A DNA stretch of 64,000 bases, taken from NCBI GenBank assembly GCA_040220235.1, contig JAVJTO010000157.1. One strand, 5' to 3'. The notes beneath the pieces were generated by a model that did not search any database, was not told the origin of the DNA, and worked only from the letters and a program-made list of their open reading frames with translations. Origin of the DNA: Coleofasciculus sp. B1-GNL1-01. GTDB taxonomy: Bacteria; Cyanobacteriota; Cyanobacteriia; Cyanobacteriales; Coleofasciculaceae. This document shows, piece after piece, positions 9,539-17,819 of the stretch. How positions within the stretch are numbered: position 1 is the first letter of the stretch; each line of letters opens with the position of its first letter. The position numbers and the translations under genes are program-made.

Positions 9539-10750
9539 ATGACAGATAATAGCCGCTCCAAAAAGAGGAAGATAACTATTCGCGCATCTCCACAAGGGGT
9601 AGAGAAGGCAGAGAAAGCCTTGATCCGTCTAGGCTTTGAAACAAAAACAAATTTTTCTAAATCCCGATTTTTATCACGAAGTACAGTTACAAAATTTTTT
9701 AATTTTCAACCTATTCAGGTTGATACCTTTAAGAAAATCTGTAAAGAATTGAAATTGAATTGGCGAGAAACGGCAGAAATTACAGAAGATAAAACACCTG
9801 AGCGTCTAGAGAAGTCTGATTGCAGTCGTTCGGAGTTGAATGAGGGGAGTGAGGGGGATGAATCGATGCAAAGGCTTAGGCGTCAAGTAACCGTTCTAGA
9901 CAAAGACAGTCAAGAAACTAAGGTAGTTATTACCTTAGAAGGAAATATAAATTCAGCCCCTAATCTTAAACTTCTAGAATCAGCTCTCAAAACCTATTCG
10001 GGACATACTATTAAAATACTTGACATTCAAGCAGGTAGTATCAAATTAATCGTCGAGGGTTCTCAAGAGGATATCGAAAAACTTTTATTGAATTTTCAAT
10101 CAGGAGAAATCAAGGAGTTAAACGGTTTTCCGGTTGAGGATATTCAAGTTTTGAGTGAAAGCGCGGAGGATGATGAAAACGATAAGTGGCGTTTAGTAGA
10201 AGATATTGTCAGGCGAGAGGTTAAGAATCGCAACTTGAGTGGAGCTGACTTAAGCGATGCCAACCTGAGTGGTACAGACCTGAGTGATGCCAACCTGAGC
10301 GGTGCAGACCTGAGTGGCGCAGACCTGAGTGATGCCAACCTGAGCGGTGCCAACCTGAGTCGTGCTGACCTGATTTCTGCCAATCTGATTTTTGCTGACC
10401 TGAGTGGTGTTGACCTGATTTCTGCCAACCTGAGTGGCGCCAACCTGTGGCGTGCCAACCTGAGTCGTGCCAACCTCATCAGCGCCGACTTGAGGGGAGC
10501 TGACTTAGGCGATGCTGACCTAAGCGATGCCAACCTGAGTGGTGTCAACCTGAGTAGTGCCAACCTGAGTGGTGCCAACCTGGGTGGTGCTAACCTGATT
10601 TTTGCTAACCTGAGAGATGCCGATGTGAATGAGGCTCGGTTTAAAGAAAATCCAGGGCTTACTGAAGAACTGAAATTTGACTTGAAACAACGCGGAGCTA
10701 TCTTTGAGGATTCTCCAGGCGATCGCTCTGGGGTTTTGAGCCGTCGCTGA
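9539..10750 (+). CDS. HTH + TRADD-N-like domain + pentapeptide-repeat protein
   Basis: N-terminal [24 protein letters not shown]-like; central [25 protein letters not shown]; long A(D/N)LSG pentapeptide tract. Confidence 0.75.
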   Translation: MTDNSRSKKRKITIRASPQGVEKAEKALIRLGFETKTNFSKSRFLSRSTVTKFFNFQPIQVDTFKKICKELKLNWRETAEITEDKTPERLEKSDCSRSELNEGSEGDESMQRLRRQVTVLDKDSQETKVVITLEGNINSAPNLKLLESALKTYSGHTIKILDIQAGSIKLIVEGSQEDIEKLLLNFQSGEIKELNGFPVEDIQVLSESAEDDENDKWRLVEDIVRREVKNRNLSGADLSDANLSGTDLSDANLSGADLSGADLSDANLSGANLSRADLISANLIFADLSGVDLISANLSGANLWRANLSRANLISADLRGADLGDADLSDANLSGVNLSSANLSGANLGGANLIFANLRDADVNEARFKENPGLTEELKFDLKQRGAIFEDSPGDRSGVLSRR

Positions 10751-10787
10751 CTTAAGAGTTTTTCAGTAACTTTAGCATTTTGAGTTA

Positions 10788-11603
10788 ATGACATTAACCA
10801 ATAAAACCTTTATTATTACCGGAGCCTCGGCTGGAATTGGACAAGCATTAGCGATTAAACTCGCCAAACAAGGAAGCAATGTAGTCCTAGCCGCACGAAA
10901 TCAGGCGGCGCTGATGAAAACGGCTGATGATTGCTTAAAAGCCGGGGGTCAAGCGATCGCGGTTCCGACGGATGTCACGAACCCAGAAGCCTGTCAAAAC
11001 CTGATCGAACAGGCGGTGAGTCGATTTGGTGCGATCACGGGATTGGTGAATAATGCCGGAATCTCCATGTATGCACCGTTTGAGATGGTGACGGATTTGT
11101 CGTTATTTGAGCAGATTATGCGGGTGAACTATTTGGGTGCAGTGTATTGTACCCACTATGCTTTACCGTATTTAAAAGCTTCTAAAGGGTTATTAGTCGC
11201 CATTTCCTCCCTCTGTGGCAAACATGGAGTTCCTACCCGCAGTGGTTATGTTGCCAGTAAACACGCGATGCAAGGCTTTTTTGATACCCTACGGATTGAG
11301 TTACGGGAGACGGGGGTAGATGTGTTGGTAGTTTCACCGGGATTTGTGGCGACAACAATTCGCGATCGCGCTTTGGGTGCAGAAGGTATCCCGATCCAAG
11401 CAAACCGACAACATCAGCCACCGCAAGCCATGTCCGTTGAAGACTGTGTGAATCAGATTCTTCAGGCGATGGTACAGCGTCGGCGAGAATTAGTTATGAC
11501 TCCCAAAGGGCGTTTAGGATTATGGTTAAAATTAATTGCACCAGCCTGGGTTGATTGGATGACAGCTAAAGCTATTCAACCACAGCGTCAGGCGAGTAAG
11601 TAG
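10788..11603 (+). CDS. Short-chain dehydrogenase/reductase
   Basis: TGASAGIG, NNAG and YVASK motifs. Confidence 0.93.
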   Translation: MTLTNKTFIITGASAGIGQALAIKLAKQGSNVVLAARNQAALMKTADDCLKAGGQAIAVPTDVTNPEACQNLIEQAVSRFGAITGLVNNAGISMYAPFEMVTDLSLFEQIMRVNYLGAVYCTHYALPYLKASKGLLVAISSLCGKHGVPTRSGYVASKHAMQGFFDTLRIELRETGVDVLVVSPGFVATTIRDRALGAEGIPIQANRQHQPPQAMSVEDCVNQILQAMVQRRRELVMTPKGRLGLWLKLIAPAWVDWMTAKAIQPQRQASK

Positions 11604-11699
11604 TGGACTGACACAGCTAAAATTGTGGGATAGGTTGTAGGTTGGGTTTCCTATCGTCAACCCAACCTACAACTATTTAACGGGTGCAAGATGTAAGTT

Positions 11700-11867
11700 T
11701 TAACAGATTTTCCTTGAACAAACGGCGGTAATATTCTCTTGGGCTTGACCCTTACCAATAAAACGCATGACTTCAGGATCACCGTAAATGGCAAAGGCTT
11801 GGCAAGCGTCCTGTTGGGGTTCATAAGTGCGGACGATGAGACGTTCGGTTTGAAAAAGAATAGTCAT
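11700..11867 (-). pseudogene. Truncated RimJ/RimL-type GNAT acetyltransferase (55 aa, below ORF-track cutoff)
   Basis: Manual translation MTILFQTERLIVRTYEPQQDACQAFAIYGDPEVMRFIG...; stop after 55 codons. Confidence 0.7.
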
Positions 11868-11972
11868 TGAGTGGACTCATCACGAAATTACCACTGTCTA
11901 TGGCGAAGATAGCACCGACGACAAACAGTGCGATCGCTGCCTTGGGTGCAAATCATGGAAAGCGCGGTGATG

Positions 11973-12212
11973 CTAATTCTCCTCTAACGGCGATTCTGGT
12001 GGACCGAAGTCATCGGGAAGTTCTTCTGGTGTCACCTTCAACACAGCCAGCAGGGTTTTAAATTGGGAAACGGTTAGCCTCGGCACAGCCCTGCCTCTTT
12101 CCCAATTTGCCACAGTGTCTTGGGTCACACCCAATACATCTGCAAGTTCTTGCTGGGTAAGGTTTTGAAGCATTCTGAGCTTTTTGAGGGGCGACAAAGG
12201 CTTTTTCGCCAT
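11973..12212 (-). CDS. XRE/Cro-family helix-turn-helix regulator
   Basis: LTQQELADVLGVTQDTVANWERGR. Confidence 0.92.
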   Translation of the reverse strand: MAKKPLSPLKKLRMLQNLTQQELADVLGVTQDTVANWERGRAVPRLTVSQFKTLLAVLKVTPEELPDDFGPPESPLEEN

Positions 12213-12269
12213 TTTTACTGAATTAATTTAGCTAAATAGCTTGATACTTTTACTGAATTGGTTTAGACT
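12213..12269 (+). promoter_or_regulatory. Paired operator and sigma70-type promoter
   Basis: TTTTACTGAATT-NN-TTTAG at 12213-12231 and 12248-12266; TTGATA(12241)-17 nt-TAGACT(12264). Confidence 0.65.
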
Positions 12270-12280
12270 ATTGCTATCGA

Positions 12281-12495
12281 CCCTAAACCGCTTTAGGGAG
12301 ATAAGCACCAAAAAAGGTACGTGACTGCAACAAAAAGTGCTGTACGCCTAGTACGCGAATCACGTTCTAGGCAATCACTGTCTTGTCCATTAATAGATTA
12401 CCTATAAGCCAATCAAAAGTAACAGACACTTTACGAGTCACGCAAGATATTGCTGTCTTGACAAAGAAGCAACTGCGTGTTCTGAGTGCAGTCAC
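12281..12495 (+). ncRNA. Candidate structured leader RNA
   Basis: Nested complementary segments, including the 9-bp closing stem GTGACTGCA/TGCAGTCAC. Confidence 0.5.
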
Positions 12496-12532
12496 TAGGG
12501 TTCATCTATCAATTAATAAACGAGGAAACTCC

Positions 12533-12994
12533 ATGAAACATTCTGACTGGCTACGCCTTCAAATTGAAGGTGAGAAACTGTGTGCCTTGCTGCGACAACA
12601 CAATTATCAATGTCTGAAGCAACCCCGCCGCTTATCCTGGAAAATCCACAAAGACGGCTACTCCCACCTCCTGACTTGGCTACCCGCACCTGTGGGCGAC
12701 TGGGGTTTACTCCCCAACGACACCACCCCAGCACGTAGTATCCTTTGGCATCTCATCCACAGCATCCTCAATATTATCCGAGGTAGAGAACTGACAAATC
12801 AACCCATTCCCTCATCTGTGGACTTGACCCGCCCTTGGGCAATTGTTCGCCTTCTCCCCAACGCTCAACGCTACACAATCGCTAGATTCTACAACCGCCA
12901 AGATGCCCAAGATTATTTGAGAGTTCTCAACCGCTTCATTCCCAACGCAGAATTTGAACTTTTGTTTGATGTTTCCCCAAAAAGGAGAATCTGA
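12533..12994 (+). CDS. Cyanobacterial hypothetical protein
   Basis: ATG preceded by GAGG; C-terminal PWAIVRLLP..RFYNRQDAQDYLRVL motif I recall from other cyanobacterial hypothetical proteins. Confidence 0.7.
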   Translation: MKHSDWLRLQIEGEKLCALLRQHNYQCLKQPRRLSWKIHKDGYSHLLTWLPAPVGDWGLLPNDTTPARSILWHLIHSILNIIRGRELTNQPIPSSVDLTRPWAIVRLLPNAQRYTIARFYNRQDAQDYLRVLNRFIPNAEFELLFDVSPKRRI

Positions 12995-13090
12995 AAGTAA
13001 GGACACGACATGTCGTGTCCCTACAGATGGTGGTTCAACTAAAGGATTGCTGGCATCCCACATCACAACGTTGAATGCAACAGCGATCAA

Positions 13091-14014
13091 TTAATTACCT
13101 TCTCTGGCGCGATTTCGTTCGGCTCGACAATCCCGATCAATATTATCAACTTCTTCTTGGGCTTTACATTGCTCGTAGACAATTTGACCCGTCGAATAAT
13201 TAGGAAGTTGCGCCCGTTTTTCTAATGCTTTTTTAAAGTAGTCTAGTGCAGCTTCCGGCTTATCTTGATGCACTAAAATTTGGGCTTTCAGATATAAGAC
13301 TTCTGGATTATCCGGCGTCATTGCCAAAGCGCGTTCGACATAATCCATCGCCTGATCATATTTTTTCAAATCGCGATAAGCTACAGCAATCCCTCGATAC
13401 GCCAGATACTTGGGATAACCATGAGTTTCTAACTTTTCAATCGCATCAGCCGGATCAGCAAAGGGGACATTAACCGCTAACATCAAATCCATGTGACCGA
13501 TGAGTAAGTTCAACTCTGGATCTTCACCATCAATAGCTTTGGCGGCGTCTAAATATTGAAAGACTTTCTGTAATTTACTCAGCGCTCTAACTGGACCTTC
13601 TTTCTCAAAGTTATAGGTTCCTTCTAAAAAGTGACCGACCGCCGTGTAAAGATTGCCGCGTAGTGGATCAGACGTAATCAGTTGTTCAGCCGTGGTTCGG
13701 GTTTTTGTGGCGTAAGTATTCAGGGTTTCTAACTCTCGCTCAGTGTAAGCGATCGCGGCTAGCATGGCATAGATTAACGGATCAGTTCCTTCACTGGCTT
13801 CAGCTTGCTGAAGGTAGTCCTTAGCGGTTTTATAATCTCCTTGTTTAAAAATCGATTCAAATGCGGCTTCTGTCTTATCGCCAATATTGCGAGGATTACT
13901 GGGACGAAACGGATCGCCAGCTAAACTCGGAGTCACCCAAAAACTGACAACCATAATCGCTGCGCCAGCTAAAGCATTTACAGTTCGTCGGGGGGTTGGC
14001 AACCAATGATTCAT
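13091..14014 (-). CDS. Secreted TPR protein (Sll0314/Alr1548-like)
   Basis: Signal peptide, AGDPFR N-terminus, TPR repeats. Confidence 0.8.
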   Translation of the reverse strand: MNHWLPTPRRTVNALAGAAIMVVSFWVTPSLAGDPFRPSNPRNIGDKTEAAFESIFKQGDYKTAKDYLQQAEASEGTDPLIYAMLAAIAYTERELETLNTYATKTRTTAEQLITSDPLRGNLYTAVGHFLEGTYNFEKEGPVRALSKLQKVFQYLDAAKAIDGEDPELNLLIGHMDLMLAVNVPFADPADAIEKLETHGYPKYLAYRGIAVAYRDLKKYDQAMDYVERALAMTPDNPEVLYLKAQILVHQDKPEAALDYFKKALEKRAQLPNYSTGQIVYEQCKAQEEVDNIDRDCRAERNRAREGN

Positions 14015-14143
14015 CGTCTTCACTACCACTAATGTCTGTTAACGTTCGACGTTGGCGGGAATTGCAGGTTCCAGTCCGCAATCCCAAGACAATCGATGTC
14101 AGAATGAAGAAGATCCGACCATCTTTTTGCACAACGGATTTGG

Positions 14144-14812
14144 ATGCTTTATCTCAAAAATATAACCTATCACCCCCCCGCTACTCCCACCGCTATCTTA
14201 AAAGGTCTGACTTTAACCCTAGCACCGCAACAACTCGGACTGATTATAGGTCGCAGTGGGTCGGGTAAAACGACCTTATTGGAGATTCTGGCAGGTTTAG
14301 CCCAAGCCACATCGGGTGATATATTCTGGGGTGAACAAGGATTAACGCCTGATCACTTGCAACAACTCGCCGGATTGGTGTTTCAGTTTCCTGAACGGCA
14401 CTTTTGTGGGAGTACGGTGCTAGAGGAATTGCGGATGGGACACCCGGAATTGGGTGCAGAACGGGTTCAGGAAGCCTTAACTGAAGTGGGACTGGGTGAT
14501 ATTTCGCTGTATACCTCTCCTCATGCGCTCAGTGGCGGTCAACAACGCCGTTTAGCCTTAGCGGTTCAGTTGATTCGCCAACCGACGGTATTGATGTTAG
14601 ACGAACCCACGGCGGGACTGGATTGGTCAATGCGCCGCCAGTTAGCGAATTTGCTCCTAAAACTCAAGTCTCATTGGACATTACTGGTGGTGACTCACGA
14701 TGCAGGGGAGTTATTGCAAATTGCTGACTCCTGTTGGACAATCCAACAGGGTGAACTGAACGCGGTTGACCCGACGAGTCTGGGACAAAAAGCGGTGGTT
14801 ACGAGTCATTAG
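14144..14812 (+). CDS. ABC transporter ATP-binding protein (ECF A-like)
   Basis: GRSGSGKTT, FQFPE, LSGGQ, LDEPT. Confidence 0.92.
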   Translation: MLYLKNITYHPPATPTAILKGLTLTLAPQQLGLIIGRSGSGKTTLLEILAGLAQATSGDIFWGEQGLTPDHLQQLAGLVFQFPERHFCGSTVLEELRMGHPELGAERVQEALTEVGLGDISLYTSPHALSGGQQRRLALAVQLIRQPTVLMLDEPTAGLDWSMRRQLANLLLKLKSHWTLLVVTHDAGELLQIADSCWTIQQGELNAVDPTSLGQKAVVTSH

Positions 14813-14868
14813 TCATTCGTCTTTTGTCATTAGTCATTCGTCCTTCGTCCTTCGTGGACATGATATTA

Positions 14869-15558
14869 ATGAACGATAAACAATTGCTTCCGGAAATGGT
14901 TGAGGTTTGGCAGGAAACCTTAGACTGGCAACCGACTGAGAGTCAGCAACGGCAATTTCAGCGCCTGTATGCTGGAATTTTGGCAGGGAATCGCCAGTTG
15001 AATTTAACCCGCATCACCCAACCGGAGGATTTTTGGGAGAAGCATTTATGGGATTCACTGCGAGGTGTGGCTTCCCTGTTGTCAGAGGCGGAGAAACCGC
15101 TCAATATTATTGATATTGGTACAGGTGCAGGATTTCCCGGATTGCCTGTCGCGATCGCGCTTCCCTCAAGTTCGGTGACGTTACTCGATTCAACGCGCAA
15201 AAAAATTACCTTTCTCGATTCCCTGATTCCCCAGTTAGTTATCCCTAATGCTACAACTGTACTGGGTCGGGCGGAAAAAGTTGGACAACACCGCCAGCAT
15301 CACCAACACTATGACATCGCCCTGGTTCGGGCTGTGGGTTCGGCATCCGCTTGTGCGGACTATGTGTTACCCTTCCTGAAGCCGGGAGGGTTAGGGATTT
15401 TATATCGAGGACATTGGAGTGAAGATCAAACCGATGAGTTGAAGGGGAAGGTTGAATCATTAGGGAGCGCGATCGCATCGGTTGAATCCTTTACCACACC
15501 CCTATCCCATAGCATCCGCCACTGTTTATACTTACGAGTTCCAATACGGCTCGGATAA
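14869..15558 (+). CDS. rsmG: 16S rRNA m7G527 methyltransferase
   Basis: NLTRI, KHLWDSL, DIGTGAGFPG; start codon uncertain (14860 or 14869). Confidence 0.93.
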   Translation: MNDKQLLPEMVEVWQETLDWQPTESQQRQFQRLYAGILAGNRQLNLTRITQPEDFWEKHLWDSLRGVASLLSEAEKPLNIIDIGTGAGFPGLPVAIALPSSSVTLLDSTRKKITFLDSLIPQLVIPNATTVLGRAEKVGQHRQHHQHYDIALVRAVGSASACADYVLPFLKPGGLGILYRGHWSEDQTDELKGKVESLGSAIASVESFTTPLSHSIRHCLYLRVPIRLG

Positions 15559-16009
15559 GTCCTCATTTAATTTCTTCTCTCCCAGCTTCCAGACGCGCCA
15601 TGGCACGTCTCTACATTGCTTCCCCAGCTTCACCGCATTGACAAGCGGCTAAATCATTCACATCTGGTAAACAACCCCAATCTTTCTGATATACTAGCTT
15701 GCCTGCGGCAACTCGTGTTAGGTTAACAATAGTGTAAATATTCTGTAATAATTAGAGTTACGAGCCAAAGCATTAGCTTCAAACCTGATATGACGACCCG
15801 GAGTTCACAAAAGGGTCGTAGTTAAACCGTGTAAATGGTCAAAAGAGTTTGATTTTACTACATCAGTCTGTGCTGTTGAGGTTGGTCAGGATCAGTGGAA
15901 AATTATCTGGACGTAGAAATCGTTCATTCGTTTCCTCTATCCTGTTTCAATCCAATTGCTGGTGTATGCTCATGGATTTAAATTTCAATCACATCTGGAG
16001 GTATCCTTC

Positions 16010-16453
16010 ATGTCCGTTCGTCTTTATGTTGGCAACCTGCCAAAAGAACCCGTTGATCGCGATGAACTGCAAGCGGTTTTTGCCGAAGCCAGTCCATCGG
16101 TTTCCACCAAAGTGATTAAAGATCGCAAAACGGGGAAATGTCGCGGATTTGGTTTTGTCACCGTTCCCAATGATGAGTTGGCTGAGCAAATTATTGAGAA
16201 ATTCAACGGTCACGTCTTTAAAGACAGCGCCTTGAAAATTGAAAAAGCCCAGCCCAAGTCAAAAAGTTCCAATGACGATGAATCTCGCCCATCTGGAGGT
16301 GGTGGCGGTACCTCCGGGCGTCGAGGGGGTGGCAAAAAATCCAAACGGAATACTCCATCACCCGATTCGGGTTCAGTTCAACCTGACCCCCGATGGGCAG
16401 ATGATTTGGCAAAACTCAAGGAACTTTTATCGGCACAACCGAATAATTCTTAG
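16010..16453 (+). CDS. RRM RNA-binding protein (Rbp3-like)
   Basis: RNP2 LYVGNL, RNP1 RGFGFV, C-terminal PDPRWA; GGAGG upstream of the ATG. Confidence 0.9.
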   Translation: MSVRLYVGNLPKEPVDRDELQAVFAEASPSVSTKVIKDRKTGKCRGFGFVTVPNDELAEQIIEKFNGHVFKDSALKIEKAQPKSKSSNDDESRPSGGGGGTSGRRGGGKKSKRNTPSPDSGSVQPDPRWADDLAKLKELLSAQPNNS

Positions 16454-16735
16454 AGTTGGTTTAATTCAAAAGCCCAACCAACTGAACTCGTCTAGCGACA
16501 AAAGCGACGTTAGACAACCCGCGCTAACCGTAGGACACGGTAAACGCAGTATTTTCTGCTGCCAATTTGCCGTGTCCGTCTTTGTTGCCAAATTTCAGGC
16601 AATGGCGATCGCTAAAGACCGACCGACAATGATACCCTTACTTCTGGGGTGACATCCTGAAATCTGGGCATCGTTAACCTAACGATGACATAAGCCCCAT
16701 CCCCAGTAATTCATAACCAAGAAGGACATTTTAGT

Positions 16736-17446
16736 ATGAGTGCAGAAACTGACCCGGTTAAGGTGATGAAGCAAGAAGTCGGTAAAGCAGCGGCTGAACG
16801 GGTGCAATCCGGGACAATTGTTGGCTTAGGTACAGGCTCAACCACGGCGTATGCGATTCAGTATATCGGCGATCGCATCAAAAAAGGTGATCTGAAAGAT
16901 ATCAAGGGGATTCCCACTTCATTTCAGGCAGAGGTGTTAGCTAAAGACCATGGTATTCCCTTAACTAGCTTAGATGCCGTGGATCATATTGACGTTGCCA
17001 TTGATGGCGCTGATGAAGTTGATCCGCAAAAGAATTTGATTAAAGGCGGTGGTGCGGCGCATACTCGTGAGAAAGTGGTGGATTCTCTCGCTGATCAATT
17101 TATTGTGGTGGTTGATAGTGGTAAGCTGGTTGATCGTTTGGGTTCTACGTTTAAACTGCCTGTAGAAGTTATTCCCATGGCGTATGCCCCAGTGATGCGG
17201 GCGATCGAGAAATTGGGAGGCAAACCGGAATTACGGATGGGGGTCAAGAAAGCGGGTCCCGTGGTAACCGATCAGGGCAATATGGTGATTGATGTTACCT
17301 TTGATTCTATGGATAACCCAGGTGAATTAGAAAAGACGATTAATAATATTCCTGGTGTTTTAGAGAATGGTTTATTTGTTGGTGTGGCTAATGTGGTGCT
17401 AGTCGGTGAAGTGAAAGATGGTAAACCGCTAGTACGCGAGATGTAG
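16736..17446 (+). CDS. rpiA: Ribose-5-phosphate isomerase A
   Basis: GLGTGST, DGADE, KGGG. Confidence 0.96.
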   Translation: MSAETDPVKVMKQEVGKAAAERVQSGTIVGLGTGSTTAYAIQYIGDRIKKGDLKDIKGIPTSFQAEVLAKDHGIPLTSLDAVDHIDVAIDGADEVDPQKNLIKGGGAAHTREKVVDSLADQFIVVVDSGKLVDRLGSTFKLPVEVIPMAYAPVMRAIEKLGGKPELRMGVKKAGPVVTDQGNMVIDVTFDSMDNPGELEKTINNIPGVLENGLFVGVANVVLVGEVKDGKPLVREM

Positions 17447-17464
17447 TCGGTTATCCATCTAGTT

Positions 17465-17811
17465 TTATTGTAGGGTGGGCAAGACGATAAATAATGAAAT
17501 GCTGATGTTACCGTTCGTTGCTCTTGCCCACCGAGCGAGTAACTGCAATTTAGTAGTATGGTTAAGTTGGGCGCACGTTGGCAAAGGGCGCACGTCAGTA
17601 AGATGGTGCGTTACGCTGCGCTAACGCACCCTACAATTTTATTAATTTGCATTCGATTCTTTTTGTTGTAACGCTTGCTTAGAAGACAGGGCGACCCGAG
17701 TAAATTGAATGGATAAAGTTATTCATTGGTGCAAGCGGGTCGCCCCTACACAATGATGGTATTATTTGTGTTTATAAGCACGGGTAGAGACGCGCCATGG
17801 CGCGTCTCTAC
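17465..17811. repeat. Cluster of GTAG-type palindromes between convergent rpiA and glgX
   Basis: GGTGGGCAAGA/TCTTGCCCACC, GGTGCGTTA/TAACGCACC, GGGCGACCCG/CGGGTCGCCC and a GTAGAGACG palindrome. Confidence 0.8.
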
Positions 17812-17819
17812 AGCCAACC

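Noticed and set aside
10144..10794. 216-aa antisense ORF
   Set aside because: Shadow of the pentapeptide-repeat codons on the opposite strand.
12383..12532. TTG-initiated N-terminal extension of the hypothetical protein
   Set aside because: The ATG at 12533 has an RBS, and the extension overlaps the predicted RNA stems.
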